Assembly: GCA_963794325.1 (NCBI GenBank)
Contig: CAWCDG010000002.1
Span: 32,001 to 96,000, forward strand
Length of the DNA stretch: 64,000 nt
Direction: 5' to 3'
Origin: an uncultured delta proteobacterium
GTDB taxonomy: Bacteria > Desulfobacterota > Binatia > Binatales > Binataceae
Position numbers and translations under genes: made by a program. Position 1 is the first letter of the stretch. Each line of letters opens with the position of its first letter. The notes beneath the pieces are model-generated. The model searched no databases, was not told where the DNA came from, and worked only from the letters and a program-made list of their open reading frames with translations. Below are positions 18,377 to 31,271 of this stretch, piece by piece.

Positions 18377-20854
18377 CTACGACAGGTTCGTCGTAACAGT
18401 CGTATCGTCTTCGTCCCCGGGCGTCATCGGCGGCACCTTCGGTTCCGGCTCGCGCAGGAACGCCAGGTCGCTGTCGCCCTTGCCCACCTTGAAGAAGTTG
18501 TCCGGGTCCGTCAGCACCAGCGCATGCTTCAGCACTTCATCCATATGCTCGATCTGGATCAGGCTGATGCCCTTCATTATCTGCGCCGGGATCTCCTCGA
18601 TGTCTTTCGCGTTATCTTTGGGTATGAGGATTACCTTGATCCCGCCGCGATGGGCCGCGAGCACCTTCTCTTTGAGTCCGCCAATCGGCAGGACGCGTCC
18701 GCGCAGCGTGATCTCACCGGTCATCGCAAGATCGTTGCGAATCGGTGAGCGCGTGAGCGCTGACACGAGGGCCGTCGCCAGCGTGATTCCCGCCGAGGGG
18801 CCATCCTTGGGAATCGCGCCTTCGGGAATATGAATGTGGATGTCGATGCGATGATAGAAGCCGCGATCGAGTCCCAGCACCTCGGCTCGCGAACGCACGT
18901 AGGAGAGCGCGGCTTGCGCCGATTCCTGCATCACGTCGCCGAGCTGACCGGTAATCGTCAACTTGCCGCGTCCCGGAACGATCGTCACTTCGACGCTTAA
19001 AAGCTCGCCGCCAAGCTCGGTCCACGCAAGGCCCGTCGCCACTCCGACCTGCGGCACCGTTTCTGCCGTGCCGTAGCGGAACTTCGGCACGCCGAGGTAC
19101 TTGCTCAGACTCGAGCTGGAAACTTTGGTGTGCGCATTGCGATCGGTCTTGACGACTTCAACCGCGACCTTGCGGCAGATCGACGCGAGCTCGCGCTCGA
19201 GATTTCTGACGCCGGCTTCGCGGGTGTAGTGGCGGATGATGCCCTGGATTGCGCCGTCGGAAACTTCGATGTTCTCCGGACGCAGCCCGTTGGCCTCCTG
19301 CTGCTTCTTGAGCAGGTACTTCTTCGCGATATTGAGCTTCTCGGTTTCCGTGTAGCCGGGAATCCGGATGACTTCCATCCTGTCCTGCAGCGGCCGCGGG
19401 ATCCGGTCGAGCGTATTTGCCGTCGTGATGAACATCACTTTCGACAAATCGTAGTCGCAGTCGAGATAGTGATCGTTGAAGGTACAGTTCTGCTCAGGAT
19501 CGAGAACTTCGAGCAGCGCCGACGACGGATCGCCGCGGAAGTCGGTGGACATTTTGTCCACTTCGTCGAACAGCAGCACGGGGTTGGACGATCCGGCCTT
19601 GCGCACCGACTGGATCACCTTGCCCGGCAGCGCGCCGATGTAAGTCCGGCGATGCCCGCGGATTTCCGCTTCGTCGCGCACGCCGCCGAGCGACACGCGC
19701 ACGAATTTGCGGCCGGTCGCACGCGCGACCGACTTGCCGAGCGACGTCTTGCCGACGCCCGGAGGTCCGACCAGGCACAGGATCGGCCCCTTCATCTGGC
19801 CGACCAGAGTCTCGACCGCAAGGTATTCCAGGATGCGCTGTTTGACCTTGTCCAGACCGTAATGGTCTTCCTCGAGAATGCGCTCAGCTTCCTTGATGTC
19901 GAGCTTGTCCTCGGTGTATTCGAACCACGGCAGCGCCAGGAACCAGTCGAGGTAGTTGCGCACGACGGTGGCCTCGGCCGACATCGGCGACATCATCTTG
20001 AGCTTCTTGATCTCGCGCTCGCATTTCTCGCGAGCCTCGGCGGGCATCTTCTTCTGGCGCAGCTTCTCTTCCAACTCCTGAATCTCGTTCTTGAATTCGT
20101 CCTTCTCGCCGAGCTCCTTCTGAATCGCGCGCATCTGCTCGTTGAGGTAGTACTCCTTGGACGTTTTCTCCATCTGCTTCTTGACGCGCGAGCGGATGCG
20201 CTTCTCGACCTCGAGGATTTCCAGCTCCGAGCGCATGTAGCCGAGAATCTTCTCGAGCCGCTCGGCCGGGTTGGTCGATTCGAGCAACGCCTGCTTGTCT
20301 TCGAGCTTGATGCCGAGATGTCCGACCAGCTTGTCGGCCAGGAACGCGGGATCGTCGACCGCCGCGATCGAGGTCACCATCTCGGGTGGAATTTTCTTAT
20401 TGAGGCGCGCGTAGTTGTCGAAGGTCGTGACGACCGAGCGCATCAACGCCTCCACTTCAGTAGAGCGGTCGTTGAGCTCTTCGATCTCCTCGGCTTCGAC
20501 CTGGAAATATTCCTCGTCGGCGACATAACGGATCACGCGCGCGCGCTTCTTGCCCTCGACCAGCGCCTTGACGGTGCCGTCGGGCAAGCGCAGCAACTGC
20601 ACGACCACGCCGAGCGTGCCGACCGTGTACAGGTCGCCGGGCGCGGGCTCGGCCACCTTGGGATCCTTCTGGGTCACCAGCAGGATCGGCGTCTTCTTCG
20701 CCTCAGCGGCTTCCAGAGCCTTAATCGACTTCTGGCGTCCGACGAAGATCGGATAGACTTCGTGTGGGAATACGATCAATTCGCGCAACGGGAACAATGG
20801 GACCACGTTCGACGTTGCATCGCGGTTATCTTTTTTATCGTTACGGAAAAGCAT
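18377..20854 (-). CDS. lon: ATP-dependent protease La
   Basis: [17 protein letters not shown] catalytic Ser, IGGLKEK. Confidence 0.98.
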   Translation of the reverse strand: MLFRNDKKDNRDATSNVVPLFPLRELIVFPHEVYPIFVGRQKSIKALEAAEAKKTPILLVTQKDPKVAEPAPGDLYTVGTLGVVVQLLRLPDGTVKALVEGKKRARVIRYVADEEYFQVEAEEIEELNDRSTEVEALMRSVVTTFDNYARLNKKIPPEMVTSIAAVDDPAFLADKLVGHLGIKLEDKQALLESTNPAERLEKILGYMRSELEILEVEKRIRSRVKKQMEKTSKEYYLNEQMRAIQKELGEKDEFKNEIQELEEKLRQKKMPAEAREKCEREIKKLKMMSPMSAEATVVRNYLDWFLALPWFEYTEDKLDIKEAERILEEDHYGLDKVKQRILEYLAVETLVGQMKGPILCLVGPPGVGKTSLGKSVARATGRKFVRVSLGGVRDEAEIRGHRRTYIGALPGKVIQSVRKAGSSNPVLLFDEVDKMSTDFRGDPSSALLEVLDPEQNCTFNDHYLDCDYDLSKVMFITTANTLDRIPRPLQDRMEVIRIPGYTETEKLNIAKKYLLKKQQEANGLRPENIEVSDGAIQGIIRHYTREAGVRNLERELASICRKVAVEVVKTDRNAHTKVSSSSLSKYLGVPKFRYGTAETVPQVGVATGLAWTELGGELLSVEVTIVPGRGKLTITGQLGDVMQESAQAALSYVRSRAEVLGLDRGFYHRIDIHIHIPEGAIPKDGPSAGITLATALVSALTRSPIRNDLAMTGEITLRGRVLPIGGLKEKVLAAHRGGIKVILIPKDNAKDIEEIPAQIMKGISLIQIEHMDEVLKHALVLTDPDNFFKVGKGDSDLAFLREPEPKVPPMTPGDEDDTTVTTNLS

Positions 20855-20877
20855 CTACTTCTAAGAATCTCCCCGAG

Positions 20878-22128
<1,251 letters not shown>

Positions 22129-22143
22129 TACTGCCTCCGCGGC

Positions 22144-22740
22144 TCACTTGGACGGCCTTCGGCTAACGATTACCTCATCAATCAGCCCGTATTCAACCGC
22201 TTGATTCGGCGACATGAAGTAGTCGCGATCGGTATCTTTTTCGATCTTACGCAGGTTCTGTCCGGTATGCTTCATTATGATGTTGTTGATTTCCTCTCGC
22301 GCGTGCAAAATTTCCTTCGCGTGAATCTCGAGGTCGCTCGCCTGACCCTGCATGCCCCCCAGCGGCTGATGGAGGATGATCCGCGAATGGGGCAGCGCGT
22401 AACGCCTGCCTTTCGCACCCGCCAAGAGCATGATCGCGGCCATGCTCGCCGCCTGCCCGAGGCACAGCGTCGAGACCGGCGGCCGTATGAACTCCATTGT
22501 ATCGTAAATCGCCATCCCAGCCGTCACCGATCCGCCGGGGGAATTGATATAGAAGTTGATTTCTTTTTCGGGATCTTCGGATTCAAGGAACAGGAATTGC
22601 GCCGTCACCAGGTTGGCGACGTCGTCATTGATTTCGGTGCCGAGAAAGACGATGCGGTCCTTGAGCAGGCGAGAATAGATGTCATAAGCCCGCTCCCCGC
22701 GCCCAGTCTGTTCGACCACCATCGGTACCAGGTTGCTCAT
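22144..22740 (-). CDS. clpP: Clp protease proteolytic subunit
   Basis: [32 protein letters not shown]. Confidence 0.98.
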   Translation of the reverse strand: MSNLVPMVVEQTGRGERAYDIYSRLLKDRIVFLGTEINDDVANLVTAQFLFLESEDPEKEINFYINSPGGSVTAGMAIYDTMEFIRPPVSTLCLGQAASMAAIMLLAGAKGRRYALPHSRIILHQPLGGMQGQASDLEIHAKEILHAREEINNIIMKHTGQNLRKIEKDTDRDYFMSPNQAVEYGLIDEVIVSRRPSK

Positions 22741-22866
22741 ACCTCCGACCCGCGCCACAGCCCGGTTCCGACGACGATTGAGAGAAGGCCGCTGACGCCT
22801 TCAAATTGTAACCACTCGGAAATGGGGGAGCAACCGTGATCGCGGCAGGACGGAGCATCAATGATG

Positions 22867-22949
22867 CTACTTCTGCTCAGATGAACTCTCTTCACCCGTC
22901 TCCGCCGGTGAATCTTCACGCTAGGCGCCGCTCAAAATAAAATCGAGCG
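22867..22949 (-). pseudogene. Duplicated 3' end of tig (direct repeat of 23209-23291)
   Basis: 80/83 identical, offset 342 bp. One change converts AAG to TAG. Confidence 0.95.
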
Positions 22950-23039
22950 ATTTGGGATTCGGGCAACCATACTCAAGAATGGCACGAAAAAAGAGGACAC
23001 AAGAAATCGACGTTGCTCAGTTGTCGCTTGAATCCAGAA

Positions 23040-23098
23040 CCCTCACCGCCGACGGCTGCGCCCGCCGGCCGCCTCTCCCGTAAAGTAACGGGCGAGGT
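23040..23098. repeat. REP-like palindromic element (CCCTCACC...CCTCTCCCGT/ACGGGCGAGG)
   Basis: 9/10 stem at 23072-23097 preceded by CCCTCACC. Same style as 51021-51054. Confidence 0.6.
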
Positions 23099-23208
23099 AA
23101 GATTCGCTGCGCTCAATTCCTTCACAGACGCTCGGGCTGCTGAGTAAAAATACTCAACGTATTGAGCAAAACGTACGAACCATTTCTGCGAGTCTCAAGG
23201 AATCGAAA

Positions 23209-24534
23209 CTACTTCTGCTCAGATGAACTCTCTTCACCCGGCTCCGCCGGTGAATCTTCACGCTTGGCGCGGCTCAAAATAAAATCGAGCGCTTTCTCGC
23301 GGCGCATCGATTGGCGCAGTGCGTCGCGATTTTCTTCCTTACGATAGAACTCGGCAGCGCGATCGCGATTGCGAGCGGCCTGCGTGACGATTGCCGCCAC
23401 CCGTTCGCCCAGCTCCTCGTCATTGATCTCGATTTTTTCCTGCTCCGCGAGTGCATCGACGATCAGCGCCGTGCGAGCCCGCTTCTCGGCCCGCGACTTC
23501 AGGTCGTCGGCATTCTGCTTGACGCGCTCGGTCGCCTCTTCATGCGACAGACCGCCTGATTCGAACGTCTGATGCAGCTCGGCTTCCATCGCGGCCAGCT
23601 CGCGCGCGACCAGCGACTCAGGCAGCTCGACCGGGTTGCGCTCGATCACGAGATCGAGCAGCCCCTGGCGCACGCGCGCGTCGGCTTCCTGCTTTGCATG
23701 CGCGAGCAGCTCGCTGCGGACGCGAGTGCGGAACGCCTCGAGATTCTCGTCGCCGAGGTCTTTCGCAAAATCGTCATCGACGGTCGGCAATTCGCGCTTG
23801 TAGATTTCCTTGGGCGTCGCGCGCCATTCGACGCTCTTGCCCGCCAGTTCCTTCTGGCTGTAGTCGTCGGGGTAGGTCTTCGAGGACTTCATCTCTTTGC
23901 CGATCTCGGCGCCGATTAGGGCCTCGTGAACGCCGTGCGCGAGCGCGCGGTCGGAGACCTCGACGAGACGATCCTCCGGCTTGGTCTTGGACATTGGCTT
24001 GCCGTCTTCGAACGCCTCGATCGAAGCGAGTGCGTAGTCGCCTTCCTCGACGATCGTGCGATCCTCGACTTTCTTGAGCGTCGCCTGCCGCAAGCGAAAG
24101 CGCTCGATCGCCTCTTCAACTTCGGCGTCGGTAACCTCGACGTTGGACTCGGGCACCTTGAGGCCCTCGTAATCCTTGACTTCGATGGTCGGGCGCAGGT
24201 CGAAGGTCGCGCTGAACTTGAGCGCGAGGTCTTTTTGCAGGTCGGTCTGTTCGGTGACGATTTCGGGCGCGACGACGGGTTTGAGGTCGTGCTCCTCGAG
24301 CGCCTTTTTGGTGTATTCCTCGACGAGCTTCTGAACTACCTCGCCGCGGACCTGTTCGCCGAAAAATCGTTCGAGCAGATTGCGCGGCGCATGACCGGGG
24401 CGAAAGCCCTTGAGCACGACGCCGCGTTTGAGTTCGTTGTAAGCGCGATCCAGCTCATGCTTGATTTCGTCGGGCTCGACTTCAATCGTAACCTTGCGCC
24501 GGAGACTGTTGGGTTCTTCGATATTTACATTCAT
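23209..24534 (-). CDS. tig: Trigger factor
   Basis: LKGFRPGHAP ribosome-binding motif, 441 aa, tig-clpP-clpX-lon synteny. Confidence 0.96.
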   Translation of the reverse strand: MNVNIEEPNSLRRKVTIEVEPDEIKHELDRAYNELKRGVVLKGFRPGHAPRNLLERFFGEQVRGEVVQKLVEEYTKKALEEHDLKPVVAPEIVTEQTDLQKDLALKFSATFDLRPTIEVKDYEGLKVPESNVEVTDAEVEEAIERFRLRQATLKKVEDRTIVEEGDYALASIEAFEDGKPMSKTKPEDRLVEVSDRALAHGVHEALIGAEIGKEMKSSKTYPDDYSQKELAGKSVEWRATPKEIYKRELPTVDDDFAKDLGDENLEAFRTRVRSELLAHAKQEADARVRQGLLDLVIERNPVELPESLVARELAAMEAELHQTFESGGLSHEEATERVKQNADDLKSRAEKRARTALIVDALAEQEKIEINDEELGERVAAIVTQAARNRDRAAEFYRKEENRDALRQSMRREKALDFILSRAKREDSPAEPGEESSSEQK

Positions 24535-24820
24535 GGGTGTTTGAATCTCTCACATAAACATACTGCGATTGCGGGAATCAACCGAGAGCGCGCGAAACAT
24601 CACGGATCCTTCTTGCCTCTCAGTCAGAGAGTGCTTTGCGTAACCTTCCGCGGAGGGTTCAAGCAGAAGCGGAATCTTGAATCGCGCGCGAAAAATGCGT
24701 GCTGGACAAGGTCCCTCTCCTTAAACCATCTCCAAATCCTCTCATTGGAATAGCAGCGCAGTATCTTGTATAAAACTTTTCTGAGCACGCCAGAATCGAA
24801 CTGGCCGGCGAGGGGAGCCA

Positions 24821-26938
24821 TTGGCTACCTTAAAACTGGACGACGCCGCGCGGCTGTCGAGCGAAATCTCGACGGTGCCTTCTCGCGTGCGCGATCTTCT
24901 TTTTGATTTTGATCGCAGGAACCTGGTGCGAATCGCAGGCGTCGCGATCGTCTATTTCGCTGCCGCGAAACTCGGCTTGCATTTCGCGTCTCTCACCGCA
25001 AACTCCTCGCCGGTATGGCCGCCGACCGGGATTGCGTTCGCAGCGTTGCTACTCCTGGGTTTTCAAAGCTGGCCAGGAATTTTTATCGGTGCCTTCCTCG
25101 TCAACCTGACTACTTCGGGCACCGTGTTTACGTCACTGGGCATTGCGACCGGCAACACGCTCGAAGCTGTCGCGGCAGTGTACCTGACGATGCGGTATGC
25201 GAACGGCCGCAAGCTATTCGAGCATGCCCGGGATTTTTTCAGGTTCGCCGGGCTGAGCATGCTCGCAGCTGCGATCAGCGCGACGGTCGGCGTTACAAGC
25301 CTCGCGCTTGGCGGATTCGCGCACTGGCACCAATTTGTACGAATCTGGTTGATCTGGTGGCTGGGCGATCTAGGCGGCTTTCTGGTGTTCGCGCCGTTTG
25401 CGATCCTGTGGTTCGAGCGGCCCACACTGATTGGCGATCGTCGCCGGCTGCGCGAATCCTCGGTGACACTCGCCGCGGTAGCGCTGTTCGGAATTCTGGT
25501 GTTCGGAGGCGCTGTTCCCGGGATCGAGAATTATCCGATCGGCTTTATCTGCATCCCGATACTGGTGTGGTCCGCGTTCAGGTTCGGCCAGCGCGAAGCC
25601 GCGACCTCGATTTTCATTCTCGCGGTTTCCGCCGACTGGGGGATGATGCGAGGCCACGGCCCGTGGGCGCGATTTGCCAATGAGATTTCGTCGTACATCA
25701 TGCCACAGGCGTTCATGATGACGATGGCCGTGATGACGATGACGCTGGCCGCGGTCGTCTGGGAGCGCAAACGCGCCGAACAGGATGCCAACGAGGCGCG
25801 CAATCAAGCCGTGGCCGCCAACCGGACTAAAGATCAGTTTCTCGCGATGCTCGGACATGAGTTGCGCAATCCGATTGCCGCGCTCTCCAGCGCAGTGCAT
25901 GTTCTCGAACACTCCGACGTACGATCGCCGCAAGCCACCGTGTTGCTGGAAATCATGGTGCGGCAAACCGGCCATCTGGCGCGAATGGTTGACGACCTGC
26001 TCGATGTCGAACAGCTCACCGCGGGCCGGATCACGCTTGACCGCCGGCCGATGAATCTTGGTGAATGCGCCCGCCATTGCGTTACCGCGATGCGCGTGCG
26101 CGACGAATTTATCGAACGCAATATCGAGATGCGGCTCGACGACGTCTGGATTCACGGCGATCCCGATCGCGTCGCTCAGATTCTGACCAACCTGCTCTCC
26201 AATGCATGCAAACACACACCCCCGCAGGGCAAAATTGTTGTCGGCACCCGATCTGAAAACGATCGAGCCGTAATTCGCGTCGAAGATGACGGCGAGGGAA
26301 TCCCGGCCAAGCTGCTACCGCATGTGTTCGATCTCTTCGTGCAGGGCGATCGGCCATCCGACCGGCATCCCGGAGGTTTGGGAATCGGGCTGAGTCTCGT
26401 CCGACGGCTGGCGGAGCTACACGGCGGAACCGTCGAGGTGCAAAGCAAGGGACGCGGGCAGGGCAGCGCGTTCACGGTAATACTTCCGCGAGTCGAGGCG
26501 GTCCCGGAAAAAGTCGCGAGCCGGATCGCCCCGGTGCGTACCGAGGTGAGTCGGCGGATTCTGATCGTCGAGGACAATATCGACGCGAGGGAGGCGCTGC
26601 GCGAGGCGCTCGAGATGGCGGGGCATCAGATCTTTGAAGCCGGCTCAGGAGCGAGCGGAGTCGAATCCGCGCTGGCAAATCGCCCCGACGTCGCGCTCAT
26701 CGATATCGGCTTGCCCGGGTTCGACGGCTACGAAGTTGCTCGACAGATCCGTTCAGCGTCGGAGGTTCGCGGGATGACGCTGATCGCGCTGACCGGTTAT
26801 GGCTTGCCTGAGGATCGAACAAAAGCTGAGCAAGCCGGCTTCGATGCGCACGTCGTGAAGCCGCTCGACTTCGACGAACTGACCAGCTTGCTGACCGCTC
26901 ACGATGGAACCGTCGTCGGCAAGTCTGCCGCGCACTAG
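24821..26938 (+). CDS. MASE1-domain hybrid sensor histidine kinase with receiver
   Basis: SPVWPPTG MASE1 TM region, FLAMLGHELRNP, GGLGIGL, C-terminal REC domain. Confidence 0.92.
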   Translation: MATLKLDDAARLSSEISTVPSRVRDLLFDFDRRNLVRIAGVAIVYFAAAKLGLHFASLTANSSPVWPPTGIAFAALLLLGFQSWPGIFIGAFLVNLTTSGTVFTSLGIATGNTLEAVAAVYLTMRYANGRKLFEHARDFFRFAGLSMLAAAISATVGVTSLALGGFAHWHQFVRIWLIWWLGDLGGFLVFAPFAILWFERPTLIGDRRRLRESSVTLAAVALFGILVFGGAVPGIENYPIGFICIPILVWSAFRFGQREAATSIFILAVSADWGMMRGHGPWARFANEISSYIMPQAFMMTMAVMTMTLAAVVWERKRAEQDANEARNQAVAANRTKDQFLAMLGHELRNPIAALSSAVHVLEHSDVRSPQATVLLEIMVRQTGHLARMVDDLLDVEQLTAGRITLDRRPMNLGECARHCVTAMRVRDEFIERNIEMRLDDVWIHGDPDRVAQILTNLLSNACKHTPPQGKIVVGTRSENDRAVIRVEDDGEGIPAKLLPHVFDLFVQGDRPSDRHPGGLGIGLSLVRRLAELHGGTVEVQSKGRGQGSAFTVILPRVEAVPEKVASRIAPVRTEVSRRILIVEDNIDAREALREALEMAGHQIFEAGSGASGVESALANRPDVALIDIGLPGFDGYEVARQIRSASEVRGMTLIALTGYGLPEDRTKAEQAGFDAHVVKPLDFDELTSLLTAHDGTVVGKSAAH

Positions 26939-26951
26939 AACGCAGACTGTC

Positions 26952-27191
26952 TCAGATTTCGTCGCGGATGATCCTGGTCGCGATCACCAGCGCGGTGGCG
27001 CCTGACGTGCTCATCAGGATTGCGCCGATGAAATTGTGCGCGCGCACTCCCAAAACTTCGAAGATCATCCCGCCGATCACTCCGCCAAGCAGACCGAGGC
27101 CGATGTCGGCCATCATGCCGTAGCCGTTGCCGTTGAGAATTTTTCCCGCCAGCCATCCCGAGATAAGTCCGATTAGAATCCATGCGAACAT
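26952..27191 (-). CDS. GlsB/YeaQ/YmgE stress membrane protein
   Basis: WILIGLISGWLAGKI..DIGLGLLGGVIGG. Confidence 0.9.
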   Translation of the reverse strand: MFAWILIGLISGWLAGKILNGNGYGMMADIGLGLLGGVIGGMIFEVLGVRAHNFIGAILMSTSGATALVIATRIIRDEI

Positions 27192-27243
27192 GATTCGCCT
27201 GCCTCCCTGTTTTGTTGGGTTTTCGTTGTTCGTTGGTCAACAG

Positions 27244-27259
27244 AGCAAGAGCGTTGCCA
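27244..27259 (-). promoter_or_regulatory. Sigma54 promoter for the GlsB/YeaQ gene
   Basis: TGGCAACGCTCTTGCT (GG-N10-GC), about 50 nt upstream of the ATG. Confidence 0.65.
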
Positions 27260-27395
27260 TCGCGGATTGACGCAGATTTGCAGGGAACGGCTCGGAATCC
27301 GGCGTGGCTGATGCCGTCTTTCGACTGCGCTGCACGGTTGCGCCTGCGGTTCGGGTTGCGGGAGCAGCAGGTTTAGCTGACACTTGTCGGCGCTG

Positions 27396-28427
27396 ATGAG
27401 TAGTCGTGGAAAATTGCGCGGAGCGATTTCCGGATTTGGCGAGGTTGCGGCTCGGGCACATCTTGCGGGATGGCGTACGCGCGAGAATATCGCAATCGGC
27501 GCGATTCATGATCCAATCTCCGAGCGCCGGCATGAGGCGATTCGTCTTATCAAAAATGTACGCGTGTATGACGACCTCGAGCTGATGCTCGACGGCGAGG
27601 CAGTGGATTTTGTCGATGTCGCGAGTCCTCCGGGGTTGCATCATCGGGCTGCGCGCGCGGCCCTTTCCGCAGGGGCGCATGTGTTGGTCGAGAAGCCGCT
27701 GGCCCTGACGCTGGCCGAGTTCGACGAGCTCGCCGCGCTGGCGGCGGAGAAGCATCGCGTGCTGATGTGCGTGCATAATTGGAAATACGCGCCTGCTTAC
27801 GCCGTCGCGCGCACGGCGATCGAGGCGGGGAGGCTCGGCGCGATTAGATTCATCTCGATCGATCGGCTCAGGACTGAGCCGGCCGGTGCCGGTGGCAGCG
27901 GCGGGAAATGGCGCGCGTCAGCGGCATCCGGCGGCGGAATTCTGATCGATCACGGATGGCACGTCTTCTACCTGATGCATTGGCTGATGGGCGGCGACCG
28001 GCCAGTGTCGGTCTCGGCGCGGCTCGAATCGCCGGCGGGCATCGACGTTGACGACCTTGCCGACGTGCGCATCAGATTCGGCAGCGGAGCATTGTCGCGG
28101 GCGCATCTCTCGTGGCGCGCGCCGGTGCGCAGAACGTCGGCGCTCATATATGGAGAGCGCGCGAGTCTCGAAATCGAAAACGATCGCGTGATGCTCACCG
28201 ATCGAGCAGGGAAGGTCGAGGACCTCTCAATTGCCGACATGGCCGACGACTCGTACCATTCGGCGTGGTTCGCCGGAGTAGCTGACGAGTTCGAGCAGGC
28301 GGTCACCGAAGGAACCAATTCGGCCATCGCAAGTACCAATCTGAGGCAGGCGCGTGTTGCACTGATGCTAATTGGCAGCGCAAGGAAATCGTCCGTCAAC
28401 AACGGCGTCGAGATAGATCTCCCATAA
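27396..28427 (+). CDS. Gfo/Idh/MocA oxidoreductase
   Basis: ISGFGEVA, HVLVEKPLA, GGGILIDHGWH. Confidence 0.92.
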   Translation: MSSRGKLRGAISGFGEVAARAHLAGWRTRENIAIGAIHDPISERRHEAIRLIKNVRVYDDLELMLDGEAVDFVDVASPPGLHHRAARAALSAGAHVLVEKPLALTLAEFDELAALAAEKHRVLMCVHNWKYAPAYAVARTAIEAGRLGAIRFISIDRLRTEPAGAGGSGGKWRASAASGGGILIDHGWHVFYLMHWLMGGDRPVSVSARLESPAGIDVDDLADVRIRFGSGALSRAHLSWRAPVRRTSALIYGERASLEIENDRVMLTDRAGKVEDLSIADMADDSYHSAWFAGVADEFEQAVTEGTNSAIASTNLRQARVALMLIGSARKSSVNNGVEIDLP

Positions 28428-28664
28428 AATCAAATAGTTAGGGCCGAACTGCGCGCACGAACCGTTTTGGCTCCTACTGACCGACTGACCGCTCGGACTG
28501 TTGCTCTTGAACTATCGGGATTGTGACGGTAAAGTTTCGATTGACCGAAAGGTTAGCCGCAGTTTTGAGACGCGCAGATGACGGCGGCTCGAATTAACAG
28601 GTATTGGACGGATTTTGTGAGTTCGGGCGACGACAGGAGTAGGGCGAGGGGTCAGAGCCGCGAT

Positions 28665-29324
28665 ATGGGTGTGTCGCAAATCAAAGTTGGCGTCAGCGAG
28701 ACGCGCACCGCGTCGCAGGACTCGCGCGACGAGATCCTCAAGGCTGCGATGCGGCTTTTCGCCAGCCGCGGGTTCCATGAAACCTCGATGTCAGAAGTGG
28801 CGCGCGAGGCGCACGTCAGCAAGGCTCTGATTTTCTGGCATTTCAAGACCAAGGAAGAGCTGTTCGTCGCGGTGCTGAACCGCCTGCTCGAGCCGTACTT
28901 TATCGACTTCGCCGAAGAGGCGGCGGCGATGGACGAGCGCGCTCAGATTTTGAAGCTGGTCGAGTCGTACTTGTCTTTCGTGCGCGACAATGCGAGCTCG
29001 GTGCGGTTTTTCCTGGCGCAGATGCTTCACGACCAGAAGCTGTCGGAGAGCCTCAGCGACCAGGTGCTGCAGCTCTACAGCGGGTATCGCGCGATGCTGA
29101 TCGAACTGATTGCGGCGGCGCAGCAGAAGCACATCTGCGCACGGCGGACGTCGCCGGAATCGGCGGCGGCATTCCTGCTGTCAGCTCTGAACGGATTGAT
29201 GGTCGAATATTTGTTTATGGGGGCAAACGCGATCGACCCCGAAGGGGCGGTGGCGATGGTGGGTGAGTGGTTGTTCGGTCCATCGGGGACATCTTCATCG
29301 GAGGGCGGCGCACCGTCCTCCTAA
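28665..29324 (+). CDS. TetR/AcrR family regulator heading the hopanoid cluster
   Basis: ILKAAMRLFASRGFHETSMSEVAREAHVSKALIFWHFKTKEELF. Confidence 0.93.
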   Translation: MGVSQIKVGVSETRTASQDSRDEILKAAMRLFASRGFHETSMSEVAREAHVSKALIFWHFKTKEELFVAVLNRLLEPYFIDFAEEAAAMDERAQILKLVESYLSFVRDNASSVRFFLAQMLHDQKLSESLSDQVLQLYSGYRAMLIELIAAAQQKHICARRTSPESAAAFLLSALNGLMVEYLFMGANAIDPEGAVAMVGEWLFGPSGTSSSEGGAPSS

Positions 29325-29356
29325 ACTGTTTTTCTTCAACCTGTTCCAGGAGCGTT

Positions 29357-30361
29357 ATGCGTATTCCCTTGAGACAAATGATCGATCTTGGCCGCTACAT
29401 GCGCGCGAAGAAAAAATCAGGTGACAAATATTTTCCATTGGTGCTGATGCTCGAGCCGCTGCATGCGTGCAACCTCGCCTGTATCGGATGCGGCCGAATC
29501 GTCGAGTACAAGGACACCATCCGCGATATGATGCCGCTCGACGAGGCCCTGCGTTCGGCTGAAGAGGCCGGTGCGCCAATCGTGTCGATCTGCGGCGGCG
29601 AGCCGCTGATGTACAAGCATATCGCGGCGCTCACGCGCGGGCTGATCGAGGATCAGAAGCGTCACGTAATGATCTGCACCAACGCGATCCTGCTCGAGCG
29701 ATTCGTCAAGCAGGTGCCGCCGAGCCCGTATCTCAGCTTCAACCTGCACCTCGACGGGATGCGCGAGACCAACGATCGCGTGACCGACCGGGTGGGGCAT
29801 TTCGACATCGTCGTGAAGATGATCAAGATGCTGAAGGAGAAGGGCTACCGCGTGCAGACCAACACGACGGTATTTCGCGAGACCACCGGCCAGGAGCTCG
29901 AGGATATGGTCAAGTACCTGACCAGCCTCGGGGTTGACGGGATGCTGCTCAGTCCCGGCTATCACTACCAGGTGTTGCAGAACGACGAAGAGTATCTCCG
30001 CAAAGAGGAGATGCCCGCGAAGTTTTTCAAAGTTCGCGACATGGCTAACGACTACAAGATTATCAATACGCCGATTTACCTCGACTACCTGGTCGGCAAA
30101 CGCGACATGCAGTGCAGTCCGTGGACCACGGTCACGCGCAATCCGCAAGGATGGAAGGGGCCGTGCTACCTGATCACGAACGGACACTACAAGACGTTCG
30201 AAGATATGCATGCGGCGACCGATTGGGAGTACTACCGGACCAAGCAGGACTTCCGCTGCCGCGACTGCAAGCTGCATTCAGGATTCGAGGGGACCGTGGC
30301 GCTCGAGTTCGGCAAGAACCTGAAAGACTCGTGGCGCATGGTGCGGCATTACGTCGCGTAA
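29357..30361 (+). CDS. hpnH: Adenosyl-hopene transferase (radical SAM)
   Basis: FPLVLMLEPLHACNLACIGCG, WKGPCYL, RCRDCKLHSGFE. Hopanoid context. Confidence 0.9.
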   Translation: MRIPLRQMIDLGRYMRAKKKSGDKYFPLVLMLEPLHACNLACIGCGRIVEYKDTIRDMMPLDEALRSAEEAGAPIVSICGGEPLMYKHIAALTRGLIEDQKRHVMICTNAILLERFVKQVPPSPYLSFNLHLDGMRETNDRVTDRVGHFDIVVKMIKMLKEKGYRVQTNTTVFRETTGQELEDMVKYLTSLGVDGMLLSPGYHYQVLQNDEEYLRKEEMPAKFFKVRDMANDYKIINTPIYLDYLVGKRDMQCSPWTTVTRNPQGWKGPCYLITNGHYKTFEDMHAATDWEYYRTKQDFRCRDCKLHSGFEGTVALEFGKNLKDSWRMVRHYVA

Positions 30362-31267
<906 letters not shown>

Positions 31268-31271
<4 letters not shown>

